Below, piece by piece: positions 8,834 through 17,782 of a DNA stretch of 40,000 nucleotides. The notes under the pieces were generated by a model that was not told the origin of the DNA, ran no database searches, and was given only the letters and a program-made list of their open reading frames with translations. The position numbers were made by a program, and so were the translations under genes. The stretch is from Candidatus Bathyarchaeia archaeon (GTDB lineage Archaea; Thermoproteota; Bathyarchaeia; 40CM-2-53-6). The stretch's first letter is position 1, and the number at the start of each line of letters is the position of its first letter. The stretch spans positions 1 to 40,000 of the forward strand of contig JBEKSC010000008.1 of the NCBI GenBank assembly GCA_049517415.1, in the 5' to 3' direction.

Positions 8834-9612
8834 CTTAGTTTGCGCCCTTCGCCGCCTAGGCTCTTAATCGAGTTTAGTGCCTCGTCAATCGCCAAGTTCA
8901 ATGTCGCTTGGGCATCCGTTATCTCTTTGCTCCTAACTTCGAGCCTGTAACGTGGGGACCCTACTGTGTAAATCTTAATGGTTGTTCCGCGTGATTTCTT
9001 AACCTTCTTCGCTCCTCGGAGTGCTTGGCGTATCGCTTCCACTCCTTCTGTCTTGGCGCAAATTAGTTCGACAGTTCCGGTGACCTTCGCTTTTTCTAAC
9101 CTAATCTTGCTCCGCGCAACTTCAGTAAGTGTCTTGGCCCATTCTTCGCTAATGCCAAGTTTGCTAAAGATCTCTTCGCCCTCATCCGTGGCTTCTTCGA
9201 ATGCGTCGAATGGGTTGTCGAATTTTTCATAGATAATCGACTTGACCTTAGATACATCATCTTCGGTCGCCTTCAACTTCTCAGCTGCTCCTTTAATGAT
9301 CGAGTCAGCTTTCTTGACTTTCTTCCATTCGAGCATTTTTTCGGATTTTTCTCGTCCCGTGACCCTGCGGAGCGAGAGGTCGACTTGAGCCCGTTGGGAG
9401 CTAACACGCAGAACCTTCAGGACGAGCTTCTGGCCCTCTCTGACGTGAACCCTGATGTTTCTCACGTATGTGCTTGCGATTTCTGAGATATGGATTAGGC
9501 CTTCCACACCTTCGTATTCATCAAGTTTGACGTATGCCCCGTAATCCACGACCCGCGTTACAGAGGCTACTACAAGGTCGCCGACCTCTGGGTAACGTGG
9601 CGTTACAGACAT
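8830..9612 (-). CDS. eif2a: Translation initiation factor aIF2 alpha subunit
   Basis: The N-terminal S1 domain reads GDLVVASVTRVVDYGAYVKLDEYEGVEGLIHISEI. Length and gene context also fit. Confidence 0.9.
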   Translation of the reverse strand: MSVTPRYPEVGDLVVASVTRVVDYGAYVKLDEYEGVEGLIHISEIASTYVRNIRVHVREGQKLVLKVLRVSSQRAQVDLSLRRVTGREKSEKMLEWKKVKKADSIIKGAAEKLKATEDDVSKVKSIIYEKFDNPFDAFEEATDEGEEIFSKLGISEEWAKTLTEVARSKIRLEKAKVTGTVELICAKTEGVEAIRQALRGAKKVKKSRGTTIKIYTVGSPRYRLEVRSKEITDAQATLNLAIDEALNSIKSLGGEGRKLS

Positions 9613-9621
9613 TTGTTTGGC

Positions 9622-9822
9622 CTATCCGAGGACTTCCACGACTTCTGACTTAATTCTTGCTTTTCCGCCGGTCGGTTCAGCTAAAATTTCTTCGCACACT
9701 GAGCATCGCGGGGAGATTGATGGTCTGTCAAATATCACTTGCTCGTTACCGCATTTGGGGCATTTGATTCTAACGAAGCTGCTCTCTGGCTTTGGAATAA
9801 GTTCGCCCTTAACCATAATCAT
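9622..9822 (-). CDS. rps27e: Ribosomal protein S27e
   Basis: FVRIKCPKCGNEQVIFDRPSISPRCSVCEEILAEPTGGKA is the S27e zinc ribbon. Confidence 0.9.
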   Translation of the reverse strand: MIMVKGELIPKPESSFVRIKCPKCGNEQVIFDRPSISPRCSVCEEILAEPTGGKARIKSEVVEVLG

Positions 9823-9903
9823 TCACTGTTCTTGTGGAATCCGAAGAAAGTGGGTGCAACCAACATAAGTGTTATGGCTTGTTTTTCTGCACTCGAAGGT
9901 AAT

Positions 9904-10179
9904 TTAGGTGATTTCGAGTTTTCGAAGTCTAATTCCGAATCGGTAGACCTCAGAGCTGCAGGTTTTGCAGCTGAGCCTCAGCAATTGTTTCTTTGTTGTC
10001 TTTGCTGTACGTTTCAGTTCCGGGAACTTCTGTCCGCCGTATCCATGCTTTCTTCGTCTTTGCCTTCTTGCTCCGTCGGACATGGCCCGTTCCTTACTCT
10101 TCTTGTAGATTGATACCTGGTGATCAGTATGTGATTTGCATTTTGGACAGTATGTTCGGATCTGTTTGGGGACTTTCAT
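9904..10179 (-). CDS. rpl44e: Ribosomal protein L44e
   Basis: TYCPKCKSHTDHQVSIYKKSK...RRKHGYGGQ...LRLSCKTC matches L44e. Confidence 0.9.
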   Translation of the reverse strand: MKVPKQIRTYCPKCKSHTDHQVSIYKKSKERAMSDGARRQRRRKHGYGGQKFPELKRTAKTTKKQLLRLSCKTCSSEVYRFGIRLRKLEIT

Positions 10180-10221
10180 ACTGATCAGCCTGAGTTCGAT
10201 ACCTAGCCTTGCGTGCGCTAT

Positions 10222-10809
10222 TTATTGTTGATGGAGTTGTTCCGCCAATTCTTCAGGCAAAGTATGATGAACACGCTTAACATCAATTTCCTTAGCGAGG
10301 CCTTGTTTAATCAGTGCCTGGGCGTTTTGATTTGGAAGGGAACCCACGTCTTCTTTCTTGTACGGGCCGTATATTTTCAAGTCAACGCCAACAATTTCGG
10401 GAACATTATCAAGGAACCTTACGACTGAAAGATCCGCTTGATCTTCGGGAAGGGAGCCTCCCTGCTTAGCTTTGTCGTGTTCCTTGTAGTTTGAGAGAGA
10501 TTCATTGAAATGTTCCACGAGCCTTTTTTCTTCATCCGTTAAGTCATTCGTGCTAATTTCGGTGCCATCTCTTGCTGCGTTAACAATTTTGTGCAGCCTT
10601 GTTTGCTTAATTTCGTCGAGCAGGCGTTTTGCTACGTCCTTCTCGTCGACGAGTAGGCGGCCCTGGATTGTACGCGTGTCGCCAGCAACGGAGTCGTCTT
10701 CCAAGCCCTTTAGGTAGCCAGTGGCACGCTGGTAAAAGTCGCTCGATAGCGGCTGCGGTTTCTCGGAGGTTTTTTCCGCCTTCCAAGCCTTGTAGAGGTC
10801 GTTGTACAC
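10222..10809 (-). CDS. GINS subunit (Gins51/Gins15-type)
   Basis: MYNDLYKAWKAEKTSEKPQPLSSDFYQRATGYLKGL...IKQTRLHKIV is a typical archaeal GINS A-domain. The gene lies 2 nt downstream of priS, matching the known gins15-priS operon. Confidence 0.7.
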   Translation of the reverse strand: MYNDLYKAWKAEKTSEKPQPLSSDFYQRATGYLKGLEDDSVAGDTRTIQGRLLVDEKDVAKRLLDEIKQTRLHKIVNAARDGTEISTNDLTDEEKRLVEHFNESLSNYKEHDKAKQGGSLPEDQADLSVVRFLDNVPEIVGVDLKIYGPYKKEDVGSLPNQNAQALIKQGLAKEIDVKRVHHTLPEELAEQLHQQ

Positions 10810-10811
10810 GT

Positions 10812-12101
10812 CTATTTCACCGGGTCTGCGACGCCCTTGGCTATTAGTAGGATTGCGACGGCTAGCGGTAGTTCAATTTTCTCGTTGGTGAACGGCCCAT
10901 AATGTTGGTCGCGCAGCATGATTTCAGGTGCTTCGCCTACTTGAACGACCTGGGCCCCTTCAAAAACTGCCGGTTCATAGAAAGGATCGAATTCTTCGAG
11001 GCGCTCTAATTCGACTGATGTGGCTTTGAGGCCTGTCTTCCCGTTCAACGTTTCCGGCATCCGGATCAGTCTGTGTATGTCCGTGGTCACGACGGTATCG
11101 ATCTGTGCAGGTAGGGCGACGAGGCTCATTGCTTTATCAACGATGTTTCTCCAGACCTTCTCGTTTATGCGCCACTTGTCTTGGAAAGAACTCCAAAGCA
11201 TCTTTCTCGACCATTCCTTCTTGATTGTTTCACGGTCCTTCAGAATCTGCGCGGCAGCGCCCCGTGTAAATCCAAGTTCAACCAGCTGCTGTTGATTCAA
11301 TTCCGTTAAGATTTGGTACACTCCGCGAGCAAGCCTACCGCGCCAACCTGGCTCCGTCAGATCAGGCCCGACGACAACCGGGTGCCGATTGTCTAGAATG
11401 TCCTGGTAAAGTCCCTGCTCAGCTGGATCCAATCCGAGGGCGAGGACATAATCTACGATCTCTTTCCGCTGCAGGTCGTCTAGAGTTTTCAGTTTGTCGG
11501 AAATTATGTGGAGGTGGTATCCTCTGTGACCGGAAAAAAACAGGTGCATCTGATTAGATTCAATTCCGAAGTCTTCTGAGAGAAACTCAATTAGTTTTAG
11601 GACTTCCTCCTTCGCAGCTATAAGACACCGAACGCAAAGCCAAGGTTTCTCATCTATTTTCTCGTTTCCGCACTTGGGACATTTTGCAGGCTTCCTTCCT
11701 CTTCGCGTCTCCTTGCAATTGGTACACGCCCACATGTCATGTGTTTCTTTGCAGGGGGTATCGATGTGATCAGCGTCAACATCGAAAACAACATCTGAGC
11801 CCTTCCAGCCTTTTTGATCCATCTCAAGAGTGGGGTGTGCATAGTACGCTGTAGAATAGTAAACATCTGAAGGCGCCAGCGATAAGAGCGAATCAGTGAA
11901 GGTTTCGAGATTCTGGAAGGCCTTGTGTCTTACCATTATCTTCTGAGGGAAAAGCAGAAACCCGAATTCGCGTTCCGTCATTGCAGAAGGGGGTTTGAGG
12001 GACGGACTTGCCGCTTTATAGTACTCTTGAAATTTCTGTTTTAGGAATTCGAAGCGTTGGGTTTGGGTGTTGGGTGGCAGGTCGCTCTTCCTCATGTTCA
12101 T
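10812..12101 (-). CDS. priS: DNA primase small (catalytic) subunit PriS
   Basis: DVVFDVDADH is the catalytic DxD motif. The Zn knuckle reads CTNCKETRRGRKPAKCPKCG, and FSGHRGYHLHI is present. Confidence 0.9.
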   Translation of the reverse strand: MNMRKSDLPPNTQTQRFEFLKQKFQEYYKAASPSLKPPSAMTEREFGFLLFPQKIMVRHKAFQNLETFTDSLLSLAPSDVYYSTAYYAHPTLEMDQKGWKGSDVVFDVDADHIDTPCKETHDMWACTNCKETRRGRKPAKCPKCGNEKIDEKPWLCVRCLIAAKEEVLKLIEFLSEDFGIESNQMHLFFSGHRGYHLHIISDKLKTLDDLQRKEIVDYVLALGLDPAEQGLYQDILDNRHPVVVGPDLTEPGWRGRLARGVYQILTELNQQQLVELGFTRGAAAQILKDRETIKKEWSRKMLWSSFQDKWRINEKVWRNIVDKAMSLVALPAQIDTVVTTDIHRLIRMPETLNGKTGLKATSVELERLEEFDPFYEPAVFEGAQVVQVGEAPEIMLRDQHYGPFTNEKIELPLAVAILLIAKGVADPVK

Positions 12102-12211
12102 GTCAGAGTAACTTCAGGCATTTCATTATTGAGTACTCGGCGCGAATACATCCTTCCATGTGCACTCACTTCATAAACCTAGCCGAATATAGTCCCAAGC
12201 GGTCTTACAGG

Positions 12212-12526
12212 ATGAGAGAAGGGTGTGTCAAAGTCGGCCAAGCGGTCGAATTTCCTGTTAGTTCTTTGAAGAAGGTTGTATTTGGCGGCGAAGATGTTCT
12301 CGTTGCAAATGTTGGCGGAAAGCTCTATGCGATACCGAACACCTGCACGCACAGAGGAGGGCCGCTTGATGAAGGTGAGCTTGAAGGAAATATCGTCATT
12401 TGCCCATGGCATGGGGGCCAGTTTGATGTTACAACGGGGAAGGTGGTTGGGCCGCCACCCACGAAAGATGAAATTCTATTTGATGTTCGCGTCGAAGGCT
12501 CCGACGTAATGTTGAAGCGAAAATAA
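12212..12526 (+). CDS. Rieske [2Fe-2S] domain protein
   Basis: CTHRGGPL...CPWHGGQF is the Rieske motif. The start is placed at ATG 12212 (MREGCVKV). The longer ORF from 12008 overlaps priS. Confidence 0.8.
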   Translation: MREGCVKVGQAVEFPVSSLKKVVFGGEDVLVANVGGKLYAIPNTCTHRGGPLDEGELEGNIVICPWHGGQFDVTTGKVVGPPPTKDEILFDVRVEGSDVMLKRK

Positions 12527-12532
12527 CCTAGG

Positions 12533-14905
12533 TTAACTCATCCATTTCCTCGCAATAATCACGAATGACACGAGAATTGCTACTAGGACCACCATGGCGA
12601 CCACAAAAGTTTCTACGGGAAAGGTCAGGGCGTAAACAGCTGTTACGTTCCCTGGCATATTCATGACAACAGGGTCTGTCGCAACTCTACCATCCTCTCC
12701 CACCCAGTAAGTCAAAGTGTATTCTCCACCTAGGTAGCCTGATGTTCCCTCAGCAGGCACGCTCTCCGGGGCGCCAACTTTCACAGTTGCATTAGCATCG
12801 TACCACCCTCCTCCCACCGTAGGTCCGAAGCGCGAGTTTACGACGAGTAGATATTGAACCGTGTAATTCAGCATCTTCAGTGAATTCGCCGATACCGCAA
12901 AACCGCCATTCTCGATTTCGTACCGGGTGCCGGGTTCACCTTGAATCTGAGTATCCAATGAAACCGTGTGCGTTTCTCCTTTGAGGAAGTATAGGTCAAC
13001 CCAGGAACCGCCCGATGGCTCGAGATTATCCTTGCCGTCTACCTGAACGGGAACGTTGATTGAGCTTGGAATACCACTGGTTACCAGTGTCAACCGGAAG
13101 AACCCGGTAGCCGTGCGTGCATCTATTTTTCCGAAGCCCCAAACCGGGGAGCCGTCCGTAGACACGCCAGTGTCTGCGTCAAGTCGTGCGGTTTGTCTGA
13201 GTATTCCCGGGATATCGATTGCTTGTAAGCGTGAGTCGTACTGGAGCATTAGGGCAATTACGCCCGCTACGTGTGGAGTTGCCATGCTTGTTCCCGATAT
13301 GATTCTGTGGAACGCGTCAGGGTCACTTTCTTGTTCGTGGATTGCATTTGATCTGGCGGATGCTATGATGGTTCCTGGTGCCACGACATCCGGCTTGATC
13401 CTTCCGTCCCTCGTGGGGCCCCAAGAGCTGAATGATGCGATTCCCCCGGGCTCTATGTCAGTAGGGCCGTAGACTTGACCATTCATTCCCGTCCATGAAG
13501 TGTTCGTTACGTAAGCGCCCACCGTCACAACATCTCTCGCCGTACCCGGTATGCCCACCGTGTCGTGGCTGTCGATCTCGTATCCGTTCCCCGGAGTGAA
13601 GGAGGGGCCAGGATAGGCGCAGGTTACCGCATCCGTCCACGCGTCCCAAGAACCTTGAGACTGAATTTGATTTCCTTTCAGAGTTACGCTCCATCCATTA
13701 GCTGGCAGGTATTTAGTCGAGTTGACTTCAAGGTACAGTTCCTTACCGTTGTTCGAGGAACTTGTTGTGGTTGTTACGTTGCCGAAATTGCTTACAACTC
13801 CTCCAGGAATTGTTGGGACATGGTAAGTCTGCCCATCTGGTATTGTGAGCGTCGCGTCGATCTGATCCTGAGGTGAATACCAGACATCGATCTGTAGGTC
13901 AACTGTTGTTTGCCGAACCTGCAGCTGGAAAGTCACGTTACTTCCCTGTGAAAGTTTGCCTTGAATGTGGGCGTTGTCTCGTGCCTCATTTCCGGCGGCA
14001 ACGACGATCGGCGTTCCCGCCTCCACGATTGCGTCGAGGCCGAGTTCGAAGGGGTCAGTTCCATCGTGGGCCCCAATGTTTCCACCTAAGCTGAGGCTTA
14101 TCACGGCACGTTTTCCCAGCTTGGCCGCTTTTTTCACAATGTAACTCACGCCATCTAAAAGGTGAGTTGTATCGAAGTTCCAGCTAGTGCCGTTGCATAA
14201 GCTATACCCGCTCTTCACGAAGATTATGCTCGCCCCCGGAGCTACCCCTGTAAAGTTTCCAGTAGCCACCCCGGAACTTGCCGCTATTCCGGCTACGTGT
14301 GTTCCGTGGCCGTACGTATCGGTTTCAGGACAGTTCTTCGCTTGAATGTCAGCTGACGTGCACTCGTAGCCGTAGTCGAAACCAATGGGTGGGCGCCCGG
14401 GAGTTGTTTGGTCCCAGACGTAGAGAATTTTGGTGGTTCCATTGGGGAAGGTGAAATCAGGGTGCGTCGTATCAATTCCAGTATCGACGAACCCAATGAT
14501 TACTCCTGCACCAGTTATATTGTTGCCATTAGGATCCTTTACTTGATTCCATACTTGCGGCGCTCCGGTATCGGGTACGCCGCTCTCAAGGTCAATGCTG
14601 AGGGAATGTGAATTCTCAATTCGGGTGACAAATGGCAAATCCGCAATCTCGGGGAGGCTGGTTACTAGGGTGTGGAGTACAGCGATGGGGCCTGCGGTCG
14701 ACGTGACTGTGCCGTATGTATTCAGCAACTGAACCTCGCTAGGGACAAAATCGTGGTCACTCTCAACGAAGATCGAGATTTGGACAGTGGGATTCTGTAA
14801 TCCACGAATAACAAGAGTAGCGTGAGCTGTTTGAGTAGGAGGTACTGAACTGGAGAGAATCGTTAAGATTGCGAGTATGCACAGAGCTACGGATCCTTTC
14901 TTCAA
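12533..14905 (-). CDS. Secreted, membrane-anchored subtilisin-like serine protease (peptidase S8)
   Basis: It has a signal peptide (MKKGSVALCILAILTILSS). The catalytic residues lie in VGFVDTGID, GHGTHVAG and SGTSMATPHVAG. The C-terminal TM anchor reads FVVAMVVLVAILVSFVIIARK. Confidence 0.9.
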   Translation of the reverse strand: MKKGSVALCILAILTILSSSVPPTQTAHATLVIRGLQNPTVQISIFVESDHDFVPSEVQLLNTYGTVTSTAGPIAVLHTLVTSLPEIADLPFVTRIENSHSLSIDLESGVPDTGAPQVWNQVKDPNGNNITGAGVIIGFVDTGIDTTHPDFTFPNGTTKILYVWDQTTPGRPPIGFDYGYECTSADIQAKNCPETDTYGHGTHVAGIAASSGVATGNFTGVAPGASIIFVKSGYSLCNGTSWNFDTTHLLDGVSYIVKKAAKLGKRAVISLSLGGNIGAHDGTDPFELGLDAIVEAGTPIVVAAGNEARDNAHIQGKLSQGSNVTFQLQVRQTTVDLQIDVWYSPQDQIDATLTIPDGQTYHVPTIPGGVVSNFGNVTTTTSSSNNGKELYLEVNSTKYLPANGWSVTLKGNQIQSQGSWDAWTDAVTCAYPGPSFTPGNGYEIDSHDTVGIPGTARDVVTVGAYVTNTSWTGMNGQVYGPTDIEPGGIASFSSWGPTRDGRIKPDVVAPGTIIASARSNAIHEQESDPDAFHRIISGTSMATPHVAGVIALMLQYDSRLQAIDIPGILRQTARLDADTGVSTDGSPVWGFGKIDARTATGFFRLTLVTSGIPSSINVPVQVDGKDNLEPSGGSWVDLYFLKGETHTVSLDTQIQGEPGTRYEIENGGFAVSANSLKMLNYTVQYLLVVNSRFGPTVGGGWYDANATVKVGAPESVPAEGTSGYLGGEYTLTYWVGEDGRVATDPVVMNMPGNVTAVYALTFPVETFVVAMVVLVAILVSFVIIARKWMS

Positions 14906-14920
14906 AGGCGACTTTCCCCT

Positions 14921-15997
14921 CTAGCTGCGCCGCTTTTCCACTGTGGCTCTTCCTTTGCCCTCTCTGAGAAGACTCCTTGCTTTTCTCCTATAGTAAGACA
15001 ATGGATGTTTTATGGAGCCGCATAGTTCATCAGGATTGACGCAAAGGCCGTGGGTCCGCATAGTACTGCAGTTTGGTGCAGTGTATTGTCTTCTTGACCC
15101 GCGTTTACCTGCAATGTGTTCCACTTGATAACGCGCAATCCTTTCATCGAAATCAGTGAAAGACTTGAACATCTTAAGCAGGTCGTCTTCGTTCGTTCCG
15201 ATGTTCAGTAGGAAGGCAGCCATGGCGAATCTTCCCATGTGAGAGATGTGTTTACTCGTTTGGAGGAGACCGAGCAGATTCCTCATGCATGGTGGCATTG
15301 CGGATGACATTGCTGCTCGAGGCATTTCGTCGGCCGCTAAATATTGTGACCTAGCCTTTAGTGTAGAACGCAACGGTTCGACGCGCTTTTCCAATTCCGC
15401 GGGAAGTGCTACCGTTGTGTCAGCAGTTTTCTCGAGTACTCTAGATTGGACTTCCTCCTCCAGGAGTCTCGCGAAATCTTCACGCGGAAGCAGGACACAG
15501 CCTTCAGCGAGGACCCTATTGACCAATTTCCATCTAAGGTCGTGAATCCGGGCTGAATTACTCACATAGAATGTGAAGTAAAGAGCGAATTCAAAGTGAG
15601 TGTCGCCAACATCTCGATCTGCAAGCTTCGCGTCCCACGCGAACGTGCCAGTTGCTATCTGCAAGAGCTTCTCTGGGCTTTCGTCTCTCAGCAGCTGGTA
15701 GGCTCGCTTTGACTCAGCGAGAGCGTATCGGCGCCGTGTTCTGTCGTCGCCGATGGAGCTGATCAACATCAGCGCCGTGGGGTAAGCGAGGATGTCTACA
15801 TCTTCTTGGGTCAGGTCAGCCGAGATTCTCCCGGTAAAGACGCCTTGCCTGATTCGTTCTATAGCGCGGTCGAGTATGGGAATTAGTTCAGGCCTGACAA
15901 GTTCTAGGGGATCAATGTTTCTTGACTTTATGTAGCTCGAAGCTTCTGCCGTGAACGGGAATTTTGCCAAGTCCAACTTGGTAAGAAGCGCCTGCAT
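14921..15997 (-). CDS. priL: DNA primase large subunit PriL
   Basis: It has a helical N-terminal domain. The C-terminal Fe-S cysteines lie in PPCMRNLL and APNCSTMRTHGLCVNPDELC. It sits in the replication cluster. Confidence 0.8.
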   Translation of the reverse strand: MQALLTKLDLAKFPFTAEASSYIKSRNIDPLELVRPELIPILDRAIERIRQGVFTGRISADLTQEDVDILAYPTALMLISSIGDDRTRRRYALAESKRAYQLLRDESPEKLLQIATGTFAWDAKLADRDVGDTHFEFALYFTFYVSNSARIHDLRWKLVNRVLAEGCVLLPREDFARLLEEEVQSRVLEKTADTTVALPAELEKRVEPLRSTLKARSQYLAADEMPRAAMSSAMPPCMRNLLGLLQTSKHISHMGRFAMAAFLLNIGTNEDDLLKMFKSFTDFDERIARYQVEHIAGKRGSRRQYTAPNCSTMRTHGLCVNPDELCGSIKHPLSYYRRKARSLLREGKGRATVEKRRS

Positions 15998-16061
15998 GCT
16001 AACCGCCTCTAAATAGTTCGGCAGAGGCGAGGGTGGTTATGCCGTCTTGGCGTTAATAGTT

Positions 16062-16814
16062 CTACTCCGCCTCAATTCTCGGGGCCAGGAAATAGAGTAA
16101 CTTCCCTTGTTGAGGCATTTCGTACTCTAGTTTCACGGGCATGTTAGATGAGAATTCCAGTGTTACAAGCTCCGCAGCCATCGAGCCGGCCTTGGATATT
16201 TCCGCTAAATAGTTCAGGTTGAACGTGGCCTTGCATGGTTCCTTGACTTCAAGCTCCAGCAAAACGTCGCTGCCCTTCTCTAACTCAATCTTTGCTCCAC
16301 TGAGTTCCGTAACTGCTTCCGCGGTGAACTTCTCTGGGGTAGTCTCGAACCTCACGTTATCGCTGACTGTTTGAATTTGATCAATTATATCTTTGAAGCT
16401 TGAGCTGATCATTTTAATTTTCGTGTTGAAAGAAATTTTCGGCGTCGGCACCTCTTCATCTCCGGGATCGAGCGTGGGGAGAGTGAACGTAGTCTTCCAT
16501 TTTCCTTTGATGACCATGCTGAGCTTTCGAGTATTTTCATCGTATGACATTTCGAGAGGTTCTTGCCCAGCGCCGCGTAGCTTCTTGACAATGTCGGCTA
16601 CATTCAGGCGAATCTTCGTTGGTTGAGGGCAGGTGTATTCTTCAAATGCTGATTTGTTCCATTCAAAGTCAACCATAGCCACATGGGACGGGTCCATCGA
16701 TCTTAGTTTGATGCCTTCAGGGGCGGCGTTGAAGTCGGCTTCCTCAATGAGTGTAGATATCGCCGCGAGAAGGTTCCTCCAAAGCCTCGCATCACCGATA
16801 GTAGCTTTGAACAT
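16062..16814 (-). CDS. pcn: DNA polymerase sliding clamp (PCNA)
   Basis: MFKATIGDARLWRNLLAAISTLIEEADFNAAPEGIKLRSMDPSHVAMVDF is PCNA-like. The length is 250 aa. Confidence 0.9.
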   Translation of the reverse strand: MFKATIGDARLWRNLLAAISTLIEEADFNAAPEGIKLRSMDPSHVAMVDFEWNKSAFEEYTCPQPTKIRLNVADIVKKLRGAGQEPLEMSYDENTRKLSMVIKGKWKTTFTLPTLDPGDEEVPTPKISFNTKIKMISSSFKDIIDQIQTVSDNVRFETTPEKFTAEAVTELSGAKIELEKGSDVLLELEVKEPCKATFNLNYLAEISKAGSMAAELVTLEFSSNMPVKLEYEMPQQGKLLYFLAPRIEAE

Positions 16815-16898
16815 TCATCAATCACCGGATATCAGGGGGTGTCTTAGAGAGAGAACCTTACGCATTTTAATTGAGCGGTGCGAGTCGCGACGTGGACC

Positions 16899-17222
16899 CT
16901 AGGAATTTTCACGCCAAGTTGCCCCACAACTTGTGCACCGGAAGAACTGTGTTGAGGATTCATCTGCTCCGCGCGTTTGCACAAGCCAATAGAACGCCTC
17001 TTTGTGTCCACACTTGGGGCAATCAACTTTCGTCTTCGGTAGTGTACGAATTTTCTGTTCTTCTTTACCGATGACGACCACATTCTCTTTTTGTTGCTCC
17101 AACTTTTGCACCGTGCGGTCTGACCGCTTCGTCTCGTAGCCACATTTCGGGCAACTCAAGACGACGGATTTCTGTTTCTTTGTAGGCAGAAGAGCTAAAC
17201 CGCACTTTGGACAAAACTGCAC
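16899..17222 (-). CDS. tfs: Transcription factor S (TFS/RpoM)
   Basis: The N-terminal Zn ribbon reads FCPKCG...CPKCG. The C-terminal ribbon reads CPKCGHKEAFYWLVQTRGADESSTQFFRCTSCGATWRE. Confidence 0.9.
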   Translation of the reverse strand: MQFCPKCGLALLPTKKQKSVVLSCPKCGYETKRSDRTVQKLEQQKENVVVIGKEEQKIRTLPKTKVDCPKCGHKEAFYWLVQTRGADESSTQFFRCTSCGATWRENS

Positions 17223-17642
17223 TTTGTTCGCCTTTTTGATTGGCCTTAAGGTCCTTTAGGGGCTCTAGGGGTTGTTAATTTGGGTTACTTATCCGCCCGC
17301 CCTTAGCCTAGGGTTTAGGGTTGCGAAAACTAACCAAACCGTGCTAGCTGCCTGGAGCGGGAGCATCTAAGTATTGGCGGAGTTGGGGAGGTTCAACGTG
17401 TAAACCTTTTCGTAATTGGAGACTGCAGTTGCAAAGAGGCCTTACAATACGCTGCATTATCGTAATCATGCTCTAGGTAGCATGGTCTTCTTCTTCGACT
17501 TTCACGAACACGATTGGCCAGTAAAATGCCTCGTAAAGTATGAATCCTAATTTCCGGCTCTCACGCCTGATCTTTGGTGACGCGGATGGGTACGAATCGC
17601 TACCTCCAGAAAAGCCCACTACTTTTTCCAGCAAATAACTCG

Positions 17643-17757
17643 ACTATTAGAGCCTTTCAGGTCACGGTTCAATTTGCGTTGCCCGCACCAGTAGACTCTC
17701 ACACACGTTTTTCAACGACGAACGATCATGTTCGGAATCGGTGGGTGTTATCGCTCC
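17643..17757 (+). repeat. Island repeat, copy A
   Basis: The copy contains ACGGTTCAATTTGCG, then CGCACCAGTAGACTCTCACACAC, then GTTTTTCAACGACGAACGA. It is colinear with copies B, C and D. Confidence 0.7.
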
Positions 17758-17782
17758 TTTCTTATCGCATCGTGAAGCGAAT

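Noticed and set aside
12008-12211. A 68-aa N-terminal extension of the Rieske protein ORF.
   Set aside because: The extension overlaps the priS 5' end, is Cys/Ser-rich nonsense-like sequence, and the Rieske fold is complete from ATG 12212.
17250-17330. Reiterated TAGGG/TTAGGG-like motifs (CTAGGGGTTG, CCTAGGGTTTAGGGTTG).
   Set aside because: There are only two or three loose copies with no regular period. This is most likely chance in a stop-rich spacer.
17661-17690. Repeat copies A and B contain GGTTCAA(A)TTTGC...CGCACCA. This looks like a tRNA T-arm plus acceptor plus CCA, which is the classic att site for integrative elements.
   Set aside because: The putative T-stem does not pair (TACGG against TTGCC; CACGG against TGCGT). 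No matching 5' acceptor, D-arm or anticodon arm lies within a plausible distance upstream. At best it is a decayed tRNA fragment, and I cannot support a tRNA call.
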